From: Pristiophorus japonicus
Taxonomy: Eukaryota
DNA: 64,000 bases
Direction of reading: 5' to 3'
NCBI RefSeq assembly: GCF_044704955.1
Contig: NC_091990.1
Location: 14,756,001-14,820,000, forward strand
The translations under genes were made by a program, and so were the position numbers. Numbering within the stretch: position 1 is the stretch's first letter; each line of letters opens with the position of its first letter. The notes under the pieces are model-generated. The model had not been told where the DNA came from and ran no database searches. It saw only the letters and a program-made list of their open reading frames with translations. This document shows, piece by piece, positions 33,728 to 45,005 of the stretch.

Positions 33728-34932
33728 TCACGTAAAGCTTTCATTTATGAGCTGCTGACACAACAGTCTTGCAGCTGCGAAACTACCACGGGGCTTTTCC
33801 TGCGGTCTAGGGTGGGGTGGGGGCATGGTTTCAACGCCAGCCTGATTATCCTCCCCGAGGTTCTCGTCCACCTCCTTATCCTCTTCTGCCTCCCCTCTCT
33901 CCTGAAGTGGACCGGCAGTCCCATCTGGCAATTCTTGTCCCCTTCTGATAGCGAAGTTATGCAACATGCAGCACACCACAATGAACTCAGCGACCTGCTC
34001 AGGGTGGTATTGTAAGTCGCCTCCTGAGTGGCCCAGGCATCTGAAGCACTGCTTAACTCCAATTATCTTTTCGACGATATTGCACGTGGCTATATGGCTT
34101 TCGTTGAAGCGCTTCTTGGCTTCTGTCTGGAGCTTATGCAGGGTGGTCATGAACCAACCAGCAAGGCCATATCTTTTATCCCCTAGCATCCAACCATGAC
34201 CTTGTGGCTGACTCTTAAACAGGTCAGAGATATGCTCTCACACAAGATGTGCACATCATGGATGCTCCCTGGAAATGTTGTATTTACTGCCATTATTATT
34301 TGCTTGTGGTCGACAACGAGTTGCACATTCAGGGAGTGGAATTCCTTTCGGTTCCGAAACACCTCTGCATCCTGAAAAGGTGCCCACAGGGCTATGTGCG
34401 TACAATCTATTTCTCTCTGCACCTTGGGGAAGTTTGCTCTTATCGTGAAACCCAAAGCCCTCTCAGTCTGTACCTCGTTGGTATAGGGAAGTTTATAAAG
34501 TCCATCCTGCGAGCATAAAGGGCTTCTGTCACCTGGCGAATGCAGCAATGTGTGGCGTGCTGATAGATACCGCAAATGTTGCCAGCTGAGGCCTGAAAGG
34601 AGCCCGATGCGTAGAAGGAAAGTGCCGCAGTAACCTTGACCTCAACGGGCAGTGCAGTCCTGATGATGCTGTTAGGCTGCAGATCTCCCTTAATTAGCTG
34701 GCATATCTCACTGATGACCTCCTTTCGGAAGCGCAGCCTCCTAAGGCATATGTTATCGGACAGGTCAAGGTATGATTGCTTATCCCTGTAAGTGCGTTTG
34801 GTGTAAGGTCTCCTCCTCAGCAGTCTGCCACCTCTTTGATTGGGCACATAATGTTCCAATAAACCTTCTCCCATCTCGAGTCTGCAACATATGAGTAGTC
34901 ACCAATACTGGCTGAGAAATTACAGGCCCCAT
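33728..34932 (-). pseudogene. Harbinger transposase pseudogene of element 2
   Basis: ALPVEVKVTAALSFYASGSFQ, IDCTHIAL, SLNVQLVVD, FPGSIHD, LGDKRY, IVEKIIG, CCMLHNFAI; several frameshifts. Confidence 0.93.
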
Positions 34933-35600
34933 TACTACAAATGCCTATTATGTCTTCAAAATTATTAAATTATCCTCTAAAACTCAATAGAAACTCAAAA
35001 TTCACCACAATGTGATTAGATGGTTGTCAAGGGACTTTAAAGCAACCTTAAAAGCATTCACAAATTACTTCAATGCTCCCATGAATTTGAAGCAGCCTTT
35101 TATGAAAAGTCCTCCGAATTACAAAATGGCGTCCATACTGCTGGGTTATGGTCAGGTGAGTGCAGCTTTTCTTGAGCATCGTTTTGGGCGAGATGCCGAA
35201 AGTAACACTCGGTGATAATCTGGCTGTATTTGGGCGTTAGTTTCCATTATAAACAGTCTTCTGGGTGGTGCATGAGCGATGATGTCAGATTTTATTAAAA
35301 AAATATGGGCGGGCAGTTCAGCGTTAATTGTATGCTGAAAGTTACGCCAGCGATAATGATGGAAAGTCTAGCCCTTTGTGTTCTTGGGACAGATTTTTGT
35401 GCATCTTTGGAAGTGGCTTAGTGAGTTGTTGTGAATGGTTCGACATAAGGGTACCCTGCACAATGGTGATGAGTGTGAAAGAAATGGCTTGGGCATGTGA
35501 CTCCCTCCAGATGCTTATGGAGGGAGTCACAGTACACAGGAAGGTCCTCTTCGCTTCCAATGGGTGGAAGGGACCTCCCCAGGACACCAACGCAGCCTAG

Positions 35601-36730
35601 TCAATGGTGACCCCCAGGATGTTGATGGTGAGGGAATTTGGCAATGGTGATGCCGTTGAATGTCAAGGAGACGTGGTCAGACTCTCTTTTGTTGGAAATG
35701 GTCATTGCCTGGCACTTGAGTAGTGCAAATGCTATTTACCACTTATCAGCCCAAGCCTGGATGTTGTCCAGGTCTTGCTGCATGCAGGCAAGGACTGCTG
35801 CATTATCTGCAGAATTGCAAATGGAACTGAACACTCTGCAATCATCAGCGAACATCCCCACTTCTAACCTTCCGATGGAGGGAAGGTCATTGATGAAGCA
35901 GCTGGAGATGGTTGGGCCTAGGACACTGCCCTGATGAACTCCTGCAGCAATGTCCTAAGATAATTTGCCTCCAACAACCAAAACCATCTTCCTTTGTGCT
36001 AGGTAAGACTCCAGCCAGTGGAAACTTTTCCCCCAATTCCCACTGACTTCATTTTTACTTGGACATCTTGGTGTCACTCGGTCAAATGCTGCCTTGTTGT
36101 CAAGGGCAGTCGCTCTCACCTCACCTCTGGAACTCAGCTCTTTTCTCCATGTTTGGAACAAGGATGTAATGAGGTCTGGAGCTGAGTGTTTCTGGTGAAA
36201 CTCAAACTGAGCATCGATGAACAGGTTATTGGTAAGTGCCGCTTGATAGTATTGTTGACAACACCTTCCAATTCTCTGCTGATGGGGCGGTAATTGGTTG
36301 GATTGGATTCATCCTGCTTTTTGTGGACAAGATATACCTGGGCAATTTTCCACTTTGTCGGGTAGATGCCAGTGTTGTAGCTGTACTAGAGCAGCTTGGC
36401 TAGAGGCCAGGCATGTTCTCGAGCACAGATCTTCAGCACGACAGCCAGAATGTTGTCGAGGCACATAGCCTTTGCTGAATCCAGTGCGCTAAGCCATTTC
36501 TTGCTATTACGTGGAGTGAATCAAATTAGCTGAAGACTGATATCTGTGATGGTGGGAACCTCAGAAGAAGGCCAAGATGGATCATCCACTCTGCAATTCT
36601 AGCTGAAGATGGTTGCGAATGCTTCCACCTTGTCTTTTGCACTCAAGGGCTTCACCATCTTCATTGCCTGTTCCCTCCATTAATTGTTTAATTATCTGCC
36701 ACTATTCATGGCTGGATGTGGCAGGACTAC
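35601..36730 (-). mobile_element. CR1-group LINE RT fragment (5' part of the 28440 copy)
   Basis: WRKELSSRGEVRATALDNKAAFDRV, WLESYLAQRKM, GSVLGP-like motif. Confidence 0.75.
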
Positions 36731-37039
36731 AGAGCAGTCAAAGGAGTCTATACAGATTAAGTCGATGGGCTAAGGAATGGGAGATAAAATTTAATGCAGA
36801 TAAATGTAAGGCCATGTTCAGTTACTTTTGCTGTAGGCAGAAATTTCACGGTGTTATTTTCTTTAAAATGTTAGCTATGATTATTCACTTCTGTAACAAA
36901 AATCAGCTCAGTGGAGCCCATGAAATTGCAAATTGCACAACTGAAACAAGGATGCTCAATTGACTAATTTATTTGAGTAAACCTTTTGTAATTTGTATGT
37001 AACAGGTAAGTATTAACCAATTGGTAGCATCAAAGTTAA

Positions 37040-38298
37040 GGGACCAAACCTCCAGAGACTATTTGTTAAAGGCAAATCGTGTTTAAGTAATTTGATTGAG
37101 TTTTTTGATGAGTTAAGAGAGAGGGTTGATGAGGGCAACGTGGTTGATATGGTGTACATCGACTTCAAAAAGGCGTTTGATACAGTGCCACATAATAGGC
37201 TTGCCAGCAAAGTTGAAGCCCATGGAATAAAATGGACAATGGCAGCATGGATACGAAATTGACTAAGTGACAGGAAACAGAATAGTGGTGAATGGTTGTT
37301 TATTGGAGGAAGGCACACAGTGGGGTTCCCCAGGGGTCGGTACTGGGACCACTGATTTTCTTGATATATATTAATGCCTTGGACTTGGGTGTACAGGGCA
37401 CAAGTTCAAAATGTGCAGATGACACAAAACTTGGAAGTATACTGAACAGTGAGGATAGTGATGGACTTCAAGAGGACGTAGACAGGCGAGTGGAATGGGT
37501 GGACATAAGGCAGATGAATTTGAATACAGAAAAGTGCAGTGATACATTTTGATTGGAAGGACAAAAAGAGGCACTATAAACTAAAGGGTACAATTCTAAA
37601 GGGGGTGCATGAACAGAGAGACCCGAGTGCACAAGTCATTGAAGGTGGCAGGGCAGGTTATAAAAGCAGATCGGACCCTGTGCTTCATGAATAGAGCTAT
37701 AGAGTACAAAAGCGTGGAAATTATGATGAACCTGTATAAAACACTGGTTCGGCTTCAACTGGAGTATTGCGTCCAATTCTGGGCTCTGAACTTTAGGAAG
37801 GATGTGAAGGCCTTGGAGAGGGTGCAGATAAGATTTACAAGAATGGTTCCAGGCAAGAGGGACTTCAGTTACGTGGATAGACTGGAGAAGCTGGGGTTGT
37901 TCTCCCCAGAGCAGAGCAGGTTGAGAGATTTGATAGAGGTGTTCAAAATCATGAGGGGTCTAGACAGAGTAGATTGAGAGAAACTTCCCATTGGCGGAAA
38001 GGTCGAGAACCAGATGACATAGATTTAAGGTGATTGGCAGAAGAACCAAAGGCTACATAAGGATAAACTTTTTTTTACACAGCGAGTGGTTAGGATCTGG
38101 AATGCACGGCCTGAAAGGGTGGTGGAGGCAGATTCAATCATGGCTTTCAAAAGGGAATTGGTTAAGTACCAGAAGGAAAAACATTTGCAGGGCTACGAGG
38201 AAAGGGCGGGGGTGTGGGACTAGCTGAAATACTCTTGCAGAGAGTAGGCACGGGCTCGATGGTCTGAATGGCCTCCTTCTGCGCTGTAACCATTCTAT
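37040..38298 (+). mobile_element. CR1 LINE 3' portion; its tail is the target of Harbinger 3
   Basis: [25 protein letters not shown]; tail cattctat resumes as tatgattctat at 42543. Confidence 0.9.
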
Positions 38299-38820
38299 GG
38301 GCTCAATTTTCACCAGTGATTTGCGCCTTTTTTTTTGCGCACACTACTTTTTTTGGTGTAAGTTAAAAAATGTAAGTTTCCCAAAGGAATATGCACCAGC
38401 GTAACTCAGTAACGATTTTTTTAGGTTAGTTTTTTTTTTTGCGTCATGTCCGTGCCAGTTTTTGTCAATTATGGAAGTTTGCCCCCCCAAAAATTCTCCT
38501 AGGTCAGTGTATGTGACCACTCCCGAAAAGCCTTCTGGTAACAGAAGCCTGCACTATGCGATCAGATGGCATCAGAAGACTGCACAACGCATCAAATGTA
38601 GTCCGGGTGGGCAGGGGACTGTGGAAGGTGATTGGAAAGCATCAAAAGACTGCACTATGCATCAAATGTGGCCGGGGGGGGGGGGGGTTGCAGGGGTTCC
38701 CGATCACTGCGCCTGCTCAGACCTGGGTGTGGTCCATACAGACCTATGGGAAGAGAGAACAAAGAACCTTGTCCTGCCTGCCTGCCATTTTGAGCTTCTT
38801 GCAAAGGTAAAAATTTAAGC

Positions 38821-40006
38821 ATGGGGGCAATACTGATAATCCCATGTGCAAGCCTTTTGCATGATGGTGCTGCAGGGGAGACAATTGATTCGACGTCATT
38901 GCATGAGGAACCTCAGAGTCCGTAGGGTGGTGGGCAGGAGGCCCTACCCATGTCGGGTATATCGAGACAGGCGTGATGCAGACTGTGTCAGAAGGCTGCG
39001 TTTCCGCAAAGAGATTGTAACTTGAGATCTGTGAGTTGGTAAAAGCTGACCTGAAACCTCGAAGCGTCAGGAGGACTGGTTTGTCAGTTGAAGTGAAGGT
39101 TACAGCTGCATCCGGATTATTCTATGCATCCGGATCATTCCAAGCTACAACTAGGGATGTGCGCGCCATCTCTCAACACGCAGCACATGTCTGCATTCGG
39201 CAGGTGACTGCTGCACTATATGCCCGGAGGAATGACTACATAAAGTTCCCCATGACCACCCAGGCAATGCGTGACAGGACTGTGGGCTTCTCCAGGATTG
39301 CTGGCTTCCCAAAGATACAGGGCTGCATTGATTGTACCCACATCGCCTTGTGAGCACCTTTCGAGGATTCCGAGATGTACAGGAACAGAAAAGGCTTCCA
39401 CTCCATTAATGTGCAGCTCGTGTGTGACGACATGCATCGCATCATGTCAGTTGATGCAAGATACCCTGGGAGCATCAATGATGCACTCATCCGACGCGAG
39501 ATCGTTATATCTGCCATGATTCAGCAGCAGCCAGAAGGGTAGAGCTGGCTACTGAGAGATAAAGGGTACGGCCTCGCCACCTGGCTCACGACGCCCCTAC
39601 ACGTAACCCAGACGGAAGCTGACCGGGATACAACATGTTGTACATTGCGACACGCAGCATAATAGAGAGGACCATTGGCCACTTGAAACAGCGTTTCCCA
39701 TGCCCGGACCATTCAAGAGGCTACTTGCTATACTCCCCTGAGATTGTCGGTCAGTTCACTGTTGTGTGCTGCATGCTGCATAACTTAGCCATCATGAGGC
39801 AGCAGCAGATGGTCGTAGAAGACCCCCCCCTGATGGCGGCTGATAATGATGAGGAAGATGCAGATGACAAGGAGGAGGAGGAGGATGAGGAAGCCATGCA
39901 ACTACCTGAACCCAGAGCACGACGGAGGAGGGCGGGCCATCGTGCCCCTTTAACGATTGCTCGAGCCTTGTGCCAGCAGCTCATTCGTGAATGCTTTGCT
40001 GCCTGA
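38821..40006 (+). pseudogene. Harbinger transposase pseudogene of element 3
   Basis: LSVEVKVTAA, FYASGSFQ, GCIDCTHIAL, RDKGY, SIIERTIGHLKQRF, CCMLHNLAI, acidic tail; stops and frameshifts. Confidence 0.93.
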
Positions 40007-40407
40007 AGGCTCAGCGGCAACTATTCCACATGGACCATGTTTACTGCATGGACCTGTTCCGTAATGTTGTGTTGTGTTGTGTTAATGGAACAAATGATGG
40101 AAATTATTCTAGTTTACTTCAAAAGTTGTGTTAATAATCGAACAAATAATGGAAATGATTCAGTTATAATTTAAAATATATTTTATTCAAAAGTTTAACA
40201 AATATTTGTTTGTACTTCACTTTAATAAATATATTCTTGTATCAAACTTTAAAGTTTCCACTTAAGATCACTTAAAAACTTTTAAATTTGTAAATTTACA
40301 TAACTTACAAAAAACTTTAAATTTGAGAACAGTTACAACAGTAACAACAATAATAATAACAACAACAGCAGCAAAGAAAGGCTGCACCCATCTCTCCTCC
40401 ACCTTAT

Positions 40408-42188
40408 TTTAAGATCGCTCGCTGCGCTTGGTGACTCCACCACCCCTGCCCACAGGTGGTGGCGTAGCGTTTCTTGGGTTGGTACCAAGCTTATTCTTTC
40501 GAACATCTCGGGTACTTTTTGATTGGGGGAAGGGGGTCAGGTGATAATGTGGCTTGGGCCTCTTCAGAGGCTGGTCAGGGATTTGGAGTGGCAGTTGATT
40601 CTGTCAATGGGCGCGGGGTCTGCGCGTGTTCCTTTATTGCAGCAGCTAACTCCAAAATACCCTCCTTCACGTGTCCTGACAGTATCTCAGCTACCTGTGA
40701 CATGCCCTCCCTCATGTTGAGCAACAGTGTGTCAACTCCCTGCAACATTCCCCCCCTCATGTTCCCAGAGTGTGTGAACTACCTGCGACATTCCCTCCCT
40801 CATGTGTATTGACATGGTTTCAGCTGTCTGAGATATTCCCTCCCTCCGGGACAGTGTCCCTATTTCTCGTGAGAGTGTTGTTACTTCTCCCGACAATCCT
40901 TATACCTCATCACCTATCCCACTGATGGTATCCAGGAGTGATTGCATAGGTCAATGCTCTCCGCACACATTGCCATCATTTGAACCACATCTGTTTGATC
41001 CTGCACCTCAGGAGAGCACTGTAGAGCTCTCCTTCCCCTCCTCTCCCTGGGTGTGGCTCGCAGCATCCTAGTGGGACCCGCAGCCTGGGACGGTGGGGCC
41101 CTGGGTGTGCCTCATTGCACCCCACTGGGTCCGCAGCCTCGGACGGTGGGGCCCTGAATGTGCCTCGTTGCACCCGACTGGAATTCCCAGCCTCGGACGG
41201 TGGGAAACCATGGAATGTCCCACCAACACTCAAACCACTAGTCAGGGAAGGGGTTAGCACCTCAATGGGCGGCACCTGCACCTCCTCCAAAGTGAGTACA
41301 ACAGTGGGGACTTCATCCATCCTCTCCCCCTCACCCCCATGCTCTTGGTCTGGAAGGTGGGATTGGAAGATGTTCTCCTCTTCAGGCTCGTCCTCGTCTG
41401 AATCTTCTTCTGCATCGTCAGGGTTGGCCTCAAGTTCTACAAAATATAACAGAACAGGCAAATGGTTATCAGCAGAGGAGGGGGCAGGGTGGCATGTGTA
41501 GCCACACACAGTGCAGGCAGCAGGTTGATTTGAAGGACCATGATGAATGATAGCACATTGCATTAATCGAAGCGTAGCTGACGGAGACATCCCCATGAAC
41601 CGAAGCATGGCGAGCCCGCGCAGTACTTAACATTTAGGAAAGCCAGACTGTGGAATTTGCAGGACTTACCCTCTTCCTCGAGTTTGGGCCCAGCTTGTGC
41701 AGCGGTGGTTGCTTTTCTCCAGACAGGACCTATTAAAGCAGCGACCCTCTCTTCCACGGGTGTCAGTGGGTGCAGATTTGCCGGGTCTCCTCCTGTTTGA
41801 GTTCTTCCTCGTTTGTTGTGTGCCACTTTCCACTGAAAAGATGAAAATATAATTTTTTTTTAAAGAGAGGATGTATGTCTGCTGGATGGGACATATACAG
41901 ATGGTCACATTTACAATTGCAATTCCATTGAAAAATGAAAATATTACTTACACTAACTACTTGACCAAGGTCCTGCCACTTTTTTTTGCACTGGCCTCAA
42001 GACCTAGGGGTAGTCATCATTGCACAGTAATCTTCTGCAAGTTGATTCCAGCGTTACTTCATTTCTTTGGGTGGAACCTTTATGTAACCTCTGCTGGTGT
42101 CCAGCTCCTGCCAACTGCCCTCCATGACAGTAACTAGTGCCTCCACTTCATCCTGTAAGAAATTCTTGGTCCTTGCACCACGTTGCAT
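40408..42188 (-). pseudogene. Myb/SANT partner gene of Harbinger 3; exons 42188-41952, 41832-41670, 41436-~40408
   Basis: MQRGARTKNFL..; two gtaagt donors, tttcag and ttgtag acceptors; exon 2 KVAHNKRGRTQTGGDPANLHPLTPVEERVAALIG; acidic exon 3 with internal tandem repeats. Confidence 0.82.
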
Positions 42189-44329
42189 CTTCTATTGTAG
42201 CTCCAATTTTTCCAATGCTCTCACACAGCACTCAACGTTGTCACACACACAATTGGCTGTTTAAAAATGGCCGATTGCAGACCGGGAGCTGTACTGCACA
42301 TGCGCGCCCACAGAATCACGTCAAAAACTTCCTCTTTTTTTTCGCGCATGCGCAGAAGGGGCGGCATCGTTTTTTCGGCGCAGATAGTTGGCTCCATCCC
42401 CCTAGGCTACAGCATAGGCTGCGCAATGCCAATTTTGAAAAATAGAGCGGGGAAACCTGGCACATTTATTTTTGGATTAGTTCTGGCCTAGAAAAACATT
42501 CTGGCAATACGCCCAAAAACGGCTTTGGGCAAAATTGAGCCCTATGATTCTATTTTATTCTATGATTAGATTAAAAGCGACGACCAGGAGCTTTGCGGAT
42601 TCTCATCATGGGCCTGTCATGCAATTCCCTAAGGTAAGTCTATAGCTTCTTTTCAGATAACTGAATACACCTTGTCTACATGATCTCTTTAAGCAATGTT
42701 CCAATCAGCAACTCAATTCCTTCAAAAAGAAAGAAACAATGCTGTGGCTCTGTGTGTAACAGAGATATGCTTGGTGAGCTCGAGAAGAAAGCTAAATCAC
42801 TTGATATGTATTAACAGACATGGCTCAGCTCTGGTGCCCTGATGCAAGCAAATCTCAAGACAGGATAATGCCCAAGACTGTTTTTTTGATATTATTGTTA
42901 ATTTGCCAAAAGGATTATGGAAGAAATGCAGATCTATGGCTGGAGCAACACGAGCTGTATAACTAGTTGGCAAAATTGTAATTAAATATCGTACCACCGC
43001 TTTAAAGCCACATATTTGTTTTGTCATGTTTATGTATATTCAAAATTCAGTGTTCGTTGGAAATAATACACAGTACACTGTTAGTCTGTGTGGATTAAAC
43101 TTACTCAAACCATACATCCGTGAAATCCATTATGTTGATGTACATATTGATCAGGAACATCAACAAACATCGGAGCAAAAACTGTGATAGTTGAGTTCAT
43201 CACTATTGTAATTTATGAGAAGAATTTCAAGATAGAAAACCGATGAATATTAAAATAATTTGTAACCCAATTACAGCAGGATTAAAGTTCTGCTACACAT
43301 CCCTGGATGGATACACATAGAAAAAAAAGTGAAGAATTGTAAGACATTAATTTGCACCTAGCTCCTCACAGAATGACAACCGAATCTAGTGATCCTAACC
43401 CCTGTTTACATAAAATGAAAAGAAAAATAGGAAGAAAAAGAACAAAAGGAAAAGGATATATTTGTTAATAAGGCAGGCACTGAAAATGTTTGTAAAGGTA
43501 AATGAGCAAGTTGATGGAATTTGAGGCTGAACGTCTGTTTCAAACTGAGACAATGAGAGTCATTTAATTCCTCCTGAATCATTATCCCAGACTGACCCCG
43601 AATCATGTTGAGATGGTTTCTTTAGACCATCCCAAGAGGTATGGGGAGGGCGGGGAAAGAGGCAGATGGCTTTACTGACAGATTCACTAGCAAATCACTG
43701 AATGGGGAAGAAGTCAAAGAGACAGCTGAGAAAGGAAGAATAGAAACACTTGGGCAGGCAATCGGGTTTTAAACAGGAGGCTGGGAGGTGTGGAGCTGAG
43801 CCTGGAGCGGAAAGCTAAGATGCAGTAGGTCAGTTTTTGTAGTTAGCCCAGAGAAGGGTCTGAATGTATGTTTCCCCTCCTCATTTTTCAAGGAGAGAAA
43901 TGAAAACTGAATGGGGGAAGTGAGGTTTGTTTACAACTGTTACTCAGTTGACAAAATAAGTACCTTAATGATTCGTAACAGGGCTTATTTCAAAAAAAGT
44001 GTTTCAGTCCAGCTACTGAAGATTGGAGAGGTGCAGGTGGGGGAATGTGCAAAATCATTACACCACTGGGTTATGTAATTATATTAGATATTGAGCAATA
44101 AGGGCACACTCCTGAACATAAGACCCTCGGCCTGCTTACAAGAATGACCTGCACAGCTGTACCCTAGAATATCAGACCCTAAACCTATAACAACCAGTGA
44201 ACTATTTTCTTGTTATTCAGTGGTTTCCCAATTGCTTAACTTATTCATGCCCTCAAAGTGTTCAGTTCATATAACAGCCTCAGTTAATGCTTTGAGATTA
44301 TATGATTTAGTAATTTCTATCTAAATGCA

Positions 44330-45005
44330 AAAAAGATTTACAAGGATGATACGTGAACTGAGAGAATACGGTTATCAGAAAACACTGAAAAGGCTCGGGC
44401 TCTTTTCTCTAAAACAGAGAAAACTAAAAGGTGACCTGAAAGAGGACTTTAAAAGTATACAGGAATTCAATAGGTTAGCTATATAGATCTTTCCACTAGT
44501 GGGGTGGGGGGGGTCCAAAACTAGGGACAGTAAATTTCAGATGATCACTAATAAGGAATTCAGGAGTAACTTCCTTACTCAACGAGTAGTGAAAATGTGG
44601 CACTCACTACCAGATGGAGTGATTGAGGTAAAAAAGCATATCTGCATTTATGGAGAAGCTAGATAAGTACATGAGGGAGAAAAAAATAGGTTGATAGGGA
44701 GAGATGAAGCAAATGGAGTAGGAGATTGCTTGTGTGGAACATAAACAGCCTTTGTATGCTTATACATTTAAAAAATACTGCTTACTATCATCTAGAACAA
44801 AATACAAGTACATACACAATACCCGTATTAAAGCTACAATGTTATATTTGTCAATTGCATTCATGAGGAAGCTAGATAAGTATATGAGTGAGAAAGGAAT
44901 TAGAAGGATATGTTGATCGGGTGAGATGAAGCAACGGAGTCGGAGAATGCTTGTGTAGAGCATAAACAACAGCTGTTCCTGCACTGTAATTTCTATGTAA
45001 TTCTA
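44330..45005 (+). mobile_element. Old CR1 3' fragment with locally duplicated tail (~44645-44750 and ~44855-44970)
   Basis: Decayed LGLFSL/RGDL/QRVVKMW motifs; repeated agctagataagtac/tatgag...gagatgaagcaa. Confidence 0.65.

Larger units (their letters stand above)
29803..35374. mobile_element. Harbinger element 2, full length
   Basis: 18-bp TIRs CGGCTCGACTTTCCATCA / TGATGGAAAGTCTAGCCC (16/18); flanks TTG/TTT (imperfect 3-bp TSD); convergent Myb and transposase genes. Confidence 0.92.
28987..35600 (+). mobile_element. Older Harbinger-derived element with two SANT-exon copies, split by Harbinger 2 (pieces 28987-29802 and 35375-35600)
   Basis: Begins GGCTGCAATTT; decayed SANT exon (LSHVSLQM..MEGVKAQ..VLFPSNGRKRSPQDTNTAW..RRTWLQWRKPFNVL) at ~29290-29500 with a second copy at ~35490-35600. 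Confidence 0.55.
38299..42542. mobile_element. Harbinger element 3, full length
   Basis: Perfect 12-bp TIR GGGCTCAATTTT / AAAATTGAGCCC; perfect 3-bp TSD TAT (38296-38298, 42543-42545); convergent transposase and Myb genes. Confidence 0.95.

Noticed and set aside
33728-40006. Domesticated HARBI1/NAIF1 host genes
   Set aside because: Genes lie between TIRs and carry stops and frameshifts, so they are transposon copies.
42586-42638. Isolated strong donors (AAG|GTAAGT here; also ~21470 and ~37005)
   Set aside because: No linked acceptor, reading frame or homology; expected by chance in 64 kb.
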